This document shows positions 9,345-17,921 of a stretch of DNA of 53,577 bases, piece after piece. The first letter of the stretch is position 1, and every line of letters begins with the position of its first letter. Origin of the DNA: a virus. Lineage: Duplodnaviria; Heunggongvirae; Uroviricota; Caudoviricetes. Location of the stretch: the IMG/VR virus record IMGVR_UViG_2541047877_000006; one strand, written 5' to 3'. The position numbers were made by a program, and so were the translations under genes. The notes beneath the pieces are model-generated. The model worked only from the letters and a program-made list of their open reading frames with translations, had not been told where the DNA came from and made no database searches.

Positions 9345-9635
9345 ATGAGCGTTACAATTATATATGGTAAATGTGATAGCAAAATGAATGCCAGGGAACG
9401 CAGAAGGATAAAAAGAGAAAACGAAAGAAAATCATCACCTGCAATCAATAAAACAGACAATGTGGATAAAGCTATTCGATTTGCAAACGAGGAAAGATGC
9501 AAACCAAATAGCATTAAAGAACGTCGCAAAGGATCAGTAAAATGGTATACGGAAAATGAAAGCGGCAGCTACTACCACGCAACGCAACCACGCCATTTAG
9601 GGGAAAAACCCCTGGATAAAGTCCGCTACCATTAA
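9345..9635 (+). CDS. N-like antitermination protein
   Basis: Arginine-rich motif MNARERRRIKRENERK (from ATG 9384) like lambdoid N; directly downstream of nutL-like site. Confidence 0.5.
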   Translation: MSVTIIYGKCDSKMNARERRRIKRENERKSSPAINKTDNVDKAIRFANEERCKPNSIKERRKGSVKWYTENESGSYYHATQPRHLGEKPLDKVRYH

Positions 9636-9665
9636 TACAAAATGTAAACATCCGGAGATGACATT

Positions 9666-9788
9666 ATGGTTATTCAGGCGCTTCAATTCAAACTGGCAGT
9701 AGCGGAAATGCTTCACGATGCCGAAATGTGGAGCGCCGCGAATAAAGCCTTATACATAGTGTTAACAGCACGGGAGATTAAATGGTGA
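9666..9788 (+). CDS. small hypothetical protein (40 aa)
   Basis: GGAG SD; stop overlaps erf start (ATGGTGA). Confidence 0.25.
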   Translation: MVIQALQFKLAVAEMLHDAEMWSAANKALYIVLTAREIKW

Positions 9789-10426
9789 AAACAGAGTTAC
9801 ATAAAAAGCTATGGACGATTCAGCAAACGCTGAACGCGCCGAAAAATCAGCGTAATAATTTTGGTGGATATAATTACAGGTCGGCGGAGGATATTTTAGA
9901 GGCGGTTAAACCACTGCTTCAAAGTATTACGCTGACTGTAAGCGATGAAATTGTCCTGATCGGCAATCGCTATTATGTGAAAGCTACGGCGACGCTAAGC
10001 GACGGTGAAGACGAAATAGCGGTAACGGCTTACGCCAGGGAAGAAGAAAGCAAGAAGGGAATGGACGCAAGCCAGCTAACAGGTGCGACATCAAGTTACG
10101 CGCGAAAATATGCTTTGAACGGTTTATTCTGCATTGATGATGCGCGAGATCCTGATACTGACGCATACGCTAAGCAGACAGGCCAGCAGCCTCGCCAGCA
10201 GAAAAACCCACCAAAACAACAACCACAGCAGCAGAAAGCGCCGCCAAATCCTGATGAAGTATTAGCACGTTTCTGTGATGCAGCAGCGAAAGCGCAGGAC
10301 GCTAACAAGCTGCGTGAAATATTTGGCAAATGCTGGAAATTACTACCGGAAGGATCGGAACATCGAATCAAGGCAAAAGATGTTTATGACATCCGGGTAG
10401 CAGAGCTTAACGGGGAGATGGGTTAA
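9782..10426 (+). CDS. erf: Erf-family ssDNA-annealing recombinase
   Basis: 214 aa; ERF-like N-terminal core; Q/P-rich linker; adjacent to ssb. Confidence 0.8.
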   Translation: MVKTELHKKLWTIQQTLNAPKNQRNNFGGYNYRSAEDILEAVKPLLQSITLTVSDEIVLIGNRYYVKATATLSDGEDEIAVTAYAREEESKKGMDASQLTGATSSYARKYALNGLFCIDDARDPDTDAYAKQTGQQPRQQKNPPKQQPQQQKAPPNPDEVLARFCDAAAKAQDANKLREIFGKCWKLLPEGSEHRIKAKDVYDIRVAELNGEMG

Positions 10427-10830
10427 TGAGTTTAAATTCAATCACGCTGGGCGGGAATATCGGTAATGATATGGAGGTTCGCTACACACAAAACGGGAAA
10501 GCGATTGGTAGTTTTCCGTTAGCTGTAACGAATGGCTACGGCGATAATAAGCGGACAATGTGGGTCACTTGCCTGGTATTTGGTGAGCGTGCGGAAAAAT
10601 TAGCGCCACATATCCGCAAGGGTGGAAAAATAGTGGTAAGCGGTCGCCTGGATGTTCGGCAATATGACCGGAACGACGGCACGAAGGGAACGGCGGTAGA
10701 AGTGGCGGTTAACGAATTTGAATTCATGAACGTTAACCAACAAGGCCAGCAGCAGAAAGCGCCTCCGCAGCAGCAGAATAATAACGGGAATAATCCGCCG
10801 ATGGACTTTGATGACGATATCCCGTTTTGA
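10426..10830 (+). CDS. ssb: single-stranded DNA-binding protein
   Basis: OB-fold SSB pattern; Gln-rich linker; acidic C-terminal tail DFDDDIPF. Confidence 0.85.
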   Translation: MSLNSITLGGNIGNDMEVRYTQNGKAIGSFPLAVTNGYGDNKRTMWVTCLVFGERAEKLAPHIRKGGKIVVSGRLDVRQYDRNDGTKGTAVEVAVNEFEFMNVNQQGQQQKAPPQQQNNNGNNPPMDFDDDIPF

Positions 10831-10845
10831 TCCAATAGGTTAGCG

Positions 10846-11124
10846 ATGGTTGATTATCTAAAACCGCCACCACCGCCACGAACAAAAGAGCAAGTATTAA
10901 AAGAAGCCCGTGATCAAATCGATCGCGGGCTTTTTTTATGCGGCACGGCAGCGGAACGGATGGCAAAAAGATTTAGTGACCTGTACGCAAAACAAATATG
11001 GTTCGACAACTGGCAGGCAAGTTTTTATCCGCTGCAAAGAAAACCGGATATGCACTGGCCTGAATATGTCGATCCACGTATGCGCAAATATCGCGGGCGT
11101 ATGGGCCAGGTCATTAACGATTAA
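10846..11124 (+). CDS. hypothetical protein (92 aa)
   Basis: ORF in early operon; no domain recognised. Confidence 0.45.
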   Translation: MVDYLKPPPPPRTKEQVLKEARDQIDRGLFLCGTAAERMAKRFSDLYAKQIWFDNWQASFYPLQRKPDMHWPEYVDPRMRKYRGRMGQVIND

Positions 11125-11136
11125 TGAGGTGTTATC

Positions 11137-11361
11137 ATGATTGAAGAAAAAGAAGTAGACAAGGAAATTCCTGACGGTTGTGATGAGCTTATTTGTTTTG
11201 ACGGCGGCCTGTATGAGTTCGAAACGTCTGCAGGGTGGCACGATAAATGGCCTAAGCCTACTCGCCAGGAATTAAGCGACCGTAAATCATTCGGCGAAGA
11301 TGCCGAACGGCTGGCTAATAACAAATGGCTTGATAAGTTAATTGCGGAGGGTGGCAAATGA
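11137..11361 (+). CDS. hypothetical protein (74 aa)
   Basis: ORF; acidic; no domain recognised. Confidence 0.45.
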   Translation: MIEEKEVDKEIPDGCDELICFDGGLYEFETSAGWHDKWPKPTRQELSDRKSFGEDAERLANNKWLDKLIAEGGK

Positions 11362-11471
11362 GCTTTGCAAAAATTGCCGCATTGCTTGCGGCTTTATCTA
11401 TCGCCGTGCTGTATCTCAGTGTATCTCTTTATATCACGGTAGCGATCATTAAACTCATTACTAACATGTGA
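11358..11471 (+). CDS. small membrane peptide (37 aa)
   Basis: MSFAKIAALLAALSIAVLYLSVSLYITVAIIKLITNM; GGAGG SD; ATGA overlap with upstream stop. Confidence 0.4.
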   Translation: MSFAKIAALLAALSIAVLYLSVSLYITVAIIKLITNM

Positions 11472-11479
11472 GGCCAATC

Positions 11480-11599
11480 ATGAAAGTCGGTAAGGATATT
11501 GTGACTGTCGCGTTTTGCATTATTTGCTTCCTGTTTGTGGTTGTTTCTTGTGGCGCATTTGCTGCGTTGGTTAGCTTTATTTTTAGAGGGTTGCCGTGA
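11480..11599 (+). CDS. small membrane peptide (39 aa)
   Basis: MKVGKDIVTVAFCIICFLFVVVSCGAFAALVSFIFRGLP; GAGG SD. Confidence 0.4.
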   Translation: MKVGKDIVTVAFCIICFLFVVVSCGAFAALVSFIFRGLP

Positions 11600-11871
11600 T
11601 GAAAACATGGGATGCAAAGGCTGGTGATCTTGTTGTGTTGCCTGAATATCGTGATGACCCTGGCCTGGTTGTACTGAATAAGATATATAACGATCTCGAG
11701 CGCCCGCTAGTGGTTAAATACCTGGACGGAACAATCATAGAACCGCGCTACTTTGATGAGATTGAACTAAAGGCCCACAATGTTCGCGTTAAGCCGTTCC
11801 GTGCTTATGTTGAAAACCACTGGCGGAAATTGTTCGCCGGACTGAATGGGATGTTTGGCGTATGGCTATAA
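11599..11871 (+). CDS. hypothetical protein (90 aa)
   Basis: ORF; ATG 11599 overlaps upstream stop. Confidence 0.45.
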   Translation: MKTWDAKAGDLVVLPEYRDDPGLVVLNKIYNDLERPLVVKYLDGTIIEPRYFDEIELKAHNVRVKPFRAYVENHWRKLFAGLNGMFGVWL

Positions 11872-12053
11872 AATTAGTGAAAGTTAAAGACCTGAAAGGC
11901 GGCGAAAAGATCCGCACGTGGTATGGCTATAAATTTATTGTCGCTGCCTTTTCTTTCGGGTCAGGGGGTCAAGTAACATTATTTGATGAAGAAGACGACG
12001 AGGTGGGTAAATGGCATCTTGAACAATATGTTGAGGTGTTAAATGAAAATTAA
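11862..12053 (+). CDS. hypothetical protein (63 aa)
   Basis: ORF overlapping neighbours; no domain recognised. Confidence 0.4.
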   Translation: MAIKLVKVKDLKGGEKIRTWYGYKFIVAAFSFGSGGQVTLFDEEDDEVGKWHLEQYVEVLNEN

Positions 12054-12375
12054 ATTACATAAGGCCTATGATAGCGAAACAAATAAGCTATCACTATTTA
12101 TTGAGTTCGAACGCCGGATCGTGTGTGTACCGTGGGCGCGTCGCTTTAATGATGCAGCAGGGCGGCGACAGTTCGCGTTAGACATGTTGTTGCGCGGTTG
12201 CGGCCTTATGCGCCCGCTATCTGATTTAAAACGGATGATGCCGGGATCGTTCGGTCAGATTGATGAAATAGAAATAAGCCCGGAAGAACTGAAACGTGAG
12301 CGTGATTTATTCCTTTCAAGCGAAGGAAACCCGTTTAATTCAGAAACTGAAATGAAATGGCATCATCCACTATAA
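12043..12375 (+). CDS. hypothetical protein (110 aa)
   Basis: ORF; no domain recognised. Confidence 0.45.
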   Translation: MKIKLHKAYDSETNKLSLFIEFERRIVCVPWARRFNDAAGRRQFALDMLLRGCGLMRPLSDLKRMMPGSFGQIDEIEISPEELKRERDLFLSSEGNPFNSETEMKWHHPL

Positions 12376-12386
12376 GGGTAAATATT

Positions 12387-13007
12387 ATGAACAATATCAA
12401 AACGGCTTATTCACTCGGCAGCGAAGGCATGTTAATTACTCGCTACACAGAGGACGCGAGCTTTCACGAAGTGGTAACTAAGGATTATCACGAAGTTTTA
12501 AAAGATATGGAAGCAGGAGTGTATGACAGTGACTTAAATCTGGCGCTACAGATTGTTGATATTATGATGGATGCATCAATCCGCGATTACGTGTCTTTAA
12601 GCATGGAAGAAAAAACATCGGTAGCGCGTTATGTGTTCTGCCTCACTTTCGTAAGACGCATGGAGGAGGAATTCGGACGCGCACCAGTGCCGGAAGATGT
12701 TGATCCGCTCGCGTTCGGAAGTGCTGTTATTTTCCCGTTGAACAAGGATCGGCTTGGCAGTGTTTCACTGCATTCTATGCGCGCCCTGATGAAAAAGGTC
12801 TTTGAGGTTAAGATGTTGCAGAAATTTATTGAGGAAGGACACGAAGAAGTGAACGTTAAGGCGTTTATTCCGGTGCTTTACGGAAATTTTGTTGGCGATG
12901 ATATGCGCGCTAATGAATTAGGCGTACAGGCGGCTATAGCTACGCTTAACGAAGCAATGAAAAGTGCACAGCCTATTCATGAACAGGAAAAACGTGTACT
13001 GCATTAA
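12387..13007 (+). CDS. hypothetical protein (206 aa)
   Basis: ORF from internal ATG 12387; no domain recognised. Confidence 0.45.
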   Translation: MNNIKTAYSLGSEGMLITRYTEDASFHEVVTKDYHEVLKDMEAGVYDSDLNLALQIVDIMMDASIRDYVSLSMEEKTSVARYVFCLTFVRRMEEEFGRAPVPEDVDPLAFGSAVIFPLNKDRLGSVSLHSMRALMKKVFEVKMLQKFIEEGHEEVNVKAFIPVLYGNFVGDDMRANELGVQAAIATLNEAMKSAQPIHEQEKRVLH

Positions 13008-13106
13008 CAGCGTGATTGCGATCACATAAATATACATTTTGTATTGTGATTGCATATCCGTTTTGTAAGCCGAAATCAAAAGGTTTACGGTGCGGAGGAA
13101 AACAAG

Positions 13107-13325
13107 ATGGCCCGCGAATTAATGCTTTATTGTGTTGAGGGTGGCGTAGGTAGTAATGCCTATGTCGCCGGGAAAGGCTATCCAGCCGATGAAGTGCTTT
13201 CTAATATGCACTTCCGGGAAAATGAAAGCCGGGTGTCTGTGTGGAAACGGTGCATTGATGGTATTGAGGTTGTAAGTATCGAACGGTATTTAGGCACGTT
13301 TGATTACGGTGTTATTGAGGCTTAA
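13107..13325 (+). CDS. hypothetical protein (72 aa)
   Basis: ORF from ATG 13107 (MARELMLYCVEG). Confidence 0.4.
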   Translation: MARELMLYCVEGGVGSNAYVAGKGYPADEVLSNMHFRENESRVSVWKRCIDGIEVVSIERYLGTFDYGVIEA

Positions 13326-13423
13326 TTATGGACGACACATTGTTTTATATGTGCTGTTGCTGGGGTTTTATTGCCTTATGTCTGTTTATCAGGTGGTTTA
13401 TTGAATACCATATGAGGTGAGGC

Positions 13424-13618
13424 ATGGAACAGAAAACTGATTATAGAATACCTGATGGCCTAAAATTAGTTGGCATTGGTTTCGGGTGTAGATTTGTATC
13501 TGACGCAAAAGGAGCGATTTATTTAATACGTCTTATTGATGGCGTTCAACATATAAGGAGATTAGGAATTTACATCAAAGCATTCAGAAGAGGTTATTTA
13601 AAAACTCATGAAATTTAA
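13424..13618 (+). CDS. hypothetical protein (64 aa)
   Basis: ORF; no domain recognised. Confidence 0.4.
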   Translation: MEQKTDYRIPDGLKLVGIGFGCRFVSDAKGAIYLIRLIDGVQHIRRLGIYIKAFRRGYLKTHEI

Positions 13619-13811
13619 ACATTACATGGAATGGAAAATTCCAGAAGCAGCAACAAAGGCAGCGCCAGGAAATGTTTCTGGCGTTTATTTTTATATGGAT
13701 GGCAAATGGTATTTCGGCAGCAGGCCGGATCGCTACTATCAAGAAATATGCAAGCCTCACGTATGGGATATTAAAGAGCGCGTGAAAGGCGGGGTAATTG
13801 AGGACGTTTAA
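13608..13811 (+). CDS. hypothetical protein (67 aa)
   Basis: ORF overlapping upstream gene end. Confidence 0.4.
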   Translation: MKFKHYMEWKIPEAATKAAPGNVSGVYFYMDGKWYFGSRPDRYYQEICKPHVWDIKERVKGGVIEDV

Positions 13812-13812
13812 A

Positions 13813-14040
13813 ATGATGCGTGCAATTATTGACTTCATTATTGGATGGTTATTTTGTTCTTTTTTCGTATTCTCATGTATAGCTACGGTTTTTATTGGAA
13901 TTTTATGTGGTGTGTCGTTTGTTACATGGGAGCCACCAGAAATTCCATCACCTGATGATGCGCTTTATATATTAAGGGTTATTATTGCTGTTAGTGTATT
14001 TGTTGGGTTCTTTTTCGCTGATTCTACTGATGGTTTATAA
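13813..14040 (+). CDS. small membrane protein (75 aa)
   Basis: Two hydrophobic segments; GAGGA SD before ATG 13813. Confidence 0.4.
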   Translation: MMRAIIDFIIGWLFCSFFVFSCIATVFIGILCGVSFVTWEPPEIPSPDDALYILRVIIAVSVFVGFFFADSTDGL

Positions 14041-14041
14041 A

Positions 14042-14275
14042 ATGGCTTTATTTAACCTGTCAGAGCCGCAATTTAACGCCGTAAAGACTGCCGCCCGCGC
14101 CGCGCTTTCGGTCTGCAAAGCGGAAGTAGAAAAGAACGGCTACAGCGATAAAGCCACGCGGCTGATATTAGATAAGCATTATCGCAAGGTCGCCCCGCTA
14201 ATCAGTATTGAGCGTTTTGTGTGGTTGGTGGGGTATCTGAATAACCGCTGGGGAACAGATCAGGATTATTTCTAA
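14042..14275 (+). CDS. hypothetical protein (77 aa)
   Basis: ORF MALFNLSEPQFNAV...; no domain recognised. Confidence 0.4.
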   Translation: MALFNLSEPQFNAVKTAARAALSVCKAEVEKNGYSDKATRLILDKHYRKVAPLISIERFVWLVGYLNNRWGTDQDYF

Positions 14276-14284
14276 GGGGGAGTA

Positions 14285-14824
14285 ATGAAAAATGATTACG
14301 GCGGCAGCCATACGCCGAAAGAAATAAAGGACTTATGGCAAACGCCAAAACCCGTTTTTAGAGGAATGGATCGAGAATTCGAGTTCGTCGCGGATGTGGC
14401 GGCAAACAAGGCAAACGCATTAATACCGCGATATATAACCGAAGAAATGGACACGCTCCATTATCCGTGGGGAGCGGTGGCGATGCCTGGTGAGTATGTC
14501 TGGATGAATCCGCCATATTCTAATCCGGGGCCATTCGTTGATAAAGCGGCGCTTGAACACAGCCGAAATCATATCGGATGCGTAATGTTATTGCCCGCTG
14601 ACATTTCTGTTAGCTGGTTTATGAACGGCGTGGAGACGGCAAACGAATGCCGATTAATCACGCGCGGGCGGCTGGCGTTTATCAATGCTGCAACAGGGAA
14701 ACCAGTAAGCGGGAACAATAAGGGGAGCTTGTTCCTGATCTGGCATCCACGATGCAGACATGAATGTATTTTCACGCAGATAACACGTAAAGAGCTATAT
14801 GCAAGAGGTGCAGAAAATGAATAA
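14285..14824 (+). CDS. phage Dam-like DNA N6-adenine methyltransferase
   Basis: WQTP motif, catalytic NPPY (VWMNPPYSN), LLPADISVSWF; typical phage Dam-family layout. Confidence 0.8.
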   Translation: MKNDYGGSHTPKEIKDLWQTPKPVFRGMDREFEFVADVAANKANALIPRYITEEMDTLHYPWGAVAMPGEYVWMNPPYSNPGPFVDKAALEHSRNHIGCVMLLPADISVSWFMNGVETANECRLITRGRLAFINAATGKPVSGNNKGSLFLIWHPRCRHECIFTQITRKELYARGAENE

Positions 14825-15137
14825 AGCGGCTGAATTGCTGAGACTTGCGGCTGAAACTATCGAGGCAAGAGGGGAGCAAAACGGATACGATCGAAAAGAA
14901 GAAAAATCAGCGCCAAAAATAGCGGCTATTTTCAACGCTAAGATGAATGCGAATTTAACCCCACTTGATGTATGGGATCTAATGATTTGCCTCAAGGAAG
15001 CGCGTTTAGGGGCTATTCTCGCTAATGGAACTGATCCGCTCGACACTCTTATAGACCTTATTGCTTATAACGCGCTTAAGGCCGAACAGATATTAGCGTA
15101 TCGGGAGGAAGAGCTAAATGAAGATGGTGGCAATTGA
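14817..15137 (+). CDS. hypothetical protein (106 aa)
   Basis: ORF with GAGGTG SD; between the two methyltransferase-like genes. Confidence 0.45.
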   Translation: MNKAAELLRLAAETIEARGEQNGYDRKEEKSAPKIAAIFNAKMNANLTPLDVWDLMICLKEARLGAILANGTDPLDTLIDLIAYNALKAEQILAYREEELNEDGGN

Positions 15138-15621
15138 CAGGTTATTAGCCTGCGTTTATGTCGCCGTTTTCGTTATCATCAATCTTATTGTTAACCACTG
15201 TGGCACGTGGGTAATTCCGATCACCACGGTAGCCGCCGTGTGTGTCAATATGATGATTCGTGATTTTCTGTTATATGACGGCGGCCTTAAATGGTCGGCT
15301 ACAACATGCGCCGCCGCTGGCGCAATCACGGTGCTGATAAATTACGACGCCGGAATGGTGGCGATCGCGTCATTCGTCGCGGTTGTTTCCGGTGCGCTTA
15401 TTTCTGGCGGCGTTTACCGGGTTTTACCTGGTGATTTCGATTCTAAACGCTGGCCTGCAAATATAGCGTCCGCCATTGGCGATGCGTTAATTTTCCCAAC
15501 GCTATCGTTTATGGCATTCATGCCGGAAATATCAGCTATGCAATTCATCTCAAAAATGGCGGCGGTAACGGTGATCACTATCATCATGCGCCGCTACTTT
15601 ACGTTCGAGGGTAGGAAATGA
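15118..15621 (+). CDS. integral membrane protein, possibly YhhQ/VUT-family transporter-like
   Basis: 167 aa, about five hydrophobic helices; family assignment is from memory and tentative. Confidence 0.35.
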   Translation: MKMVAIDRLLACVYVAVFVIINLIVNHCGTWVIPITTVAAVCVNMMIRDFLLYDGGLKWSATTCAAAGAITVLINYDAGMVAIASFVAVVSGALISGGVYRVLPGDFDSKRWPANIASAIGDALIFPTLSFMAFMPEISAMQFISKMAAVTVITIIMRRYFTFEGRK

Positions 15622-16382
15622 GTGGGCTTAGAAATTGGGTGGTGTGGTCGCTGTACGACGGCAGCGGATACGCCGTTAAAGATTGGGCCGACGCTGGTTA
15701 TAAATGCTATTGCTTCAACTATGATGGCGCTAATCACGGCGATTATGAAGGCGTCAAAATCATTCATCCGAACATTGAGTATATCAACGTATGGATTGAC
15801 AGCCATTTCCTGGTAATGTTCTCCCCTGAATTGTCTGTTTATCCAGATCCTGACATTATCCTGGGCTTTCCTCCGTGCGACGATCTTGCGGTGTCCGGCG
15901 CTCGCTGGTTTGCTGATAAGCGGAAAAAAGATCCTTACTTCCAGCAGAAGGCGGCATACAACGCAAAACTGGTAGAAACGCTTGCTGATATGTACCACGT
16001 CCCGTGGATGGTGGAAAATCCGGTAGGTGCGCTGTCAACGTTATGGCGCAAACCTGATTTTATCTTCAACCCGTGCGCTTACGGTGGCTACCTGCCTGAA
16101 GACGACAAACACCCTGCTTTCCCTGAATACATAGCTGCCCGCGACGCATACACGAAGAAAACTTGTATCTGGTGCGGGAATGGATTTAAGCAGCCGCTAT
16201 TCCGGTCTGTACCTATGCCGGATGAATGGGAAGACAGCAAACAGCACGCGAAGTTAGGAGGAAAGTCGAAACGCACTAAGATGATCCGCTCACTAACGCC
16301 GCGCGGCTTTGCCCGTGCTGTATTCTTGGCTAACGACCGGGCCATCACTCGTACTACGCTTAACCGCATTTTACCGGACTAA
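15618..16382 (+). CDS. compact DNA cytosine-5 methyltransferase-like protein
   Basis: Motif-I-like LYDGSGY, motif-IV-like GFPPCDD (Cys nucleophile), motif-VI ENPVG; only 254 aa, atypical PCDD. Confidence 0.45.
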   Translation: MSGLRNWVVWSLYDGSGYAVKDWADAGYKCYCFNYDGANHGDYEGVKIIHPNIEYINVWIDSHFLVMFSPELSVYPDPDIILGFPPCDDLAVSGARWFADKRKKDPYFQQKAAYNAKLVETLADMYHVPWMVENPVGALSTLWRKPDFIFNPCAYGGYLPEDDKHPAFPEYIAARDAYTKKTCIWCGNGFKQPLFRSVPMPDEWEDSKQHAKLGGKSKRTKMIRSLTPRGFARAVFLANDRAITRTTLNRILPD

Positions 16383-16404
16383 AGTTTACAAAATGGCATC
16401 ATTG

Positions 16405-16420
16405 TGTGATGCGGATCACA
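16405..16420. promoter_or_regulatory. CRP-box-like palindrome
   Basis: TGTGATGCGGATCACA matches TGTGA-N6-TCACA; flanked by inverted TACAAAATGG copies. Confidence 0.4.
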
Positions 16421-16541
16421 TAATGGCGCTTTTTGTCTTGTTTGGGGGTATCCATTTTGTATACTTCAAGCAAACAAAATGCTCTTTAAAAATCCGGCAG
16501 CGCTGAAATGCGTAGAAATCACCTGAAAAGGAGAGAGCATT

Positions 16542-16718
16542 ATGTCTTTTGATGATTACCAATGGCATGACGACTATGAACGAGAAAGCGTCATGCGTGC
16601 AATGTGCAATGTATGCAGCACGAAGAAAGGAGGCTGTAACGAGTGCAACGAATGCTTAGAACATTGGCTAAGGGCCGGACACGCCGAAAGGCTGAACGAA
16701 ACAGAGAATCAAAAATAA
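16542..16718 (+). CDS. small Cys-rich protein (58 aa)
   Basis: AAGGAGAG SD; CNVC...CNECNEC cysteine cluster. Confidence 0.4.
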   Translation: MSFDDYQWHDDYERESVMRAMCNVCSTKKGGCNECNECLEHWLRAGHAERLNETENQK

Positions 16719-16732
16719 TCGGGGTGGTTTTT

Positions 16733-17338
16733 ATGCAAAACCCTAAAAAACCCATAAGACGCCGTTGCAAATGCTGCGGCGTTTTTTTTGAGCCTAAATA
16801 TCACAATCAAACGTGGTGCAGTGACGAATGTCTGGAAGAACTGAAGTTTGATCAGCTATGCCGCGACCGTGAGAAGGCTATGAAGGCTATGGAACGGAAG
16901 AAACGCCGTGATAGCCAGCGTGAAGAACGCAACCGGAAGCGTAAACAGTTAAATCCGCGTAGTTATTGGATCAAACAAGTTCAAAATGTATTTAACGCCT
17001 ATATTCGCGAACGTGACGCGCGGTTGCCCTGTATATCCTGCGGGACTTACTACGGTGAGCAATGCGGATGGGATGCGGGCCATTATAGGACGGTTGCCGC
17101 CGCCGGACACCTTCGCTTTAACGAGGATAATTGCCATAAACAATGCAGGCACTGCAACCAGACATTAGACGGAAATATAGGAGGATATCGCCCGGCACTG
17201 ATTCGAAAAATTGGCCTCGCCAGGGTGGTAGCACTGGAGAACAACAATGATACGCATAAATGGACGATCGCAGAATGTAAGGAGCTAATAAACATCTATC
17301 AGGCGAAATTGGACGCCTTAAGGAGAAAGGCAGCATGA
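16733..17338 (+). CDS. ninG: recombination protein NinG (Rap)
   Basis: RRRCKCC...WCSDEC, PRSYWIKQ, LPCISCG, WDAGHYR, LRFNE.N.HKQC as in lambda NinG. Confidence 0.85.
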   Translation: MQNPKKPIRRRCKCCGVFFEPKYHNQTWCSDECLEELKFDQLCRDREKAMKAMERKKRRDSQREERNRKRKQLNPRSYWIKQVQNVFNAYIRERDARLPCISCGTYYGEQCGWDAGHYRTVAAAGHLRFNEDNCHKQCRHCNQTLDGNIGGYRPALIRKIGLARVVALENNNDTHKWTIAECKELINIYQAKLDALRRKAA

Positions 17339-17736
17339 ACGAATATACATTTAGCCTACCTTACCCGCCATCGAACAATAAATATTACCGGCATTCGCGC
17401 GGTTTCCACTATATAAGCAAGGAAGGTAAGGAATACAGGGAGCAGGTAAAAGACATTATAAAACTGCTTAATCTGAAAATTAATCTTAAGTGTAGGCTAT
17501 CAATAACGGTGTATATTGCACCGCCAGATAACAGACGCCGCGATATTGACAATGTAGGGAAGGCATTATTTGACGCTATAACTTATTCCGGTTTTTGGGC
17601 TGATGATAGCCAGGTTGACGCAATGAAATTTGTCCGCTGCCGGAAGGTAAAAAGAGGGCGATTGTTTATCAAGGTACGCGAACGCGGCGACCTGTTACCG
17701 GATATTAACGAATACTTGACTAATATGTGGTGGTAA
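17335..17736 (+). CDS. rusA: RusA Holliday junction resolvase
   Basis: LPYPPSNNKYYRH...RRRDIDNVGKALFDAIT..GFWADDSQV matches RusA family. Confidence 0.9.
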   Translation: MNEYTFSLPYPPSNNKYYRHSRGFHYISKEGKEYREQVKDIIKLLNLKINLKCRLSITVYIAPPDNRRRDIDNVGKALFDAITYSGFWADDSQVDAMKFVRCRKVKRGRLFIKVRERGDLLPDINEYLTNMWW

Positions 17737-17738
17737 CA

Positions 17739-17921
17739 ATGAAAAACGAAATTAAAGATCTGCAAATAGATATTCAGCGCGACGAGCATGATTTGGAAAC
17801 TGTACGACAAATACAGGTTTTCCACATGCGAGAATTGCTTGCGCTTAAAGAGCTTGAAAGAAAGCTAGTGCAATCAATATCTGATCGCAAAAGACTGGTT
17901 GCACGTTACGGGGGTAAATAA
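17739..17921 (+). CDS. hypothetical coiled-coil protein (60 aa)
   Basis: ORF from ATG 17739; no domain recognised. Confidence 0.4.
   Translation: MKNEIKDLQIDIQRDEHDLETVRQIQVFHMRELLALKELERKLVQSISDRKRLVARYGGK

Noticed and set aside
15594-16038. Minus-strand ORFs (134 and 60 aa) overlapping the cytosine-methylase-like gene
   Set aside because: Antisense to a plus-strand gene with recognisable catalytic motifs and an SD; no independent support.
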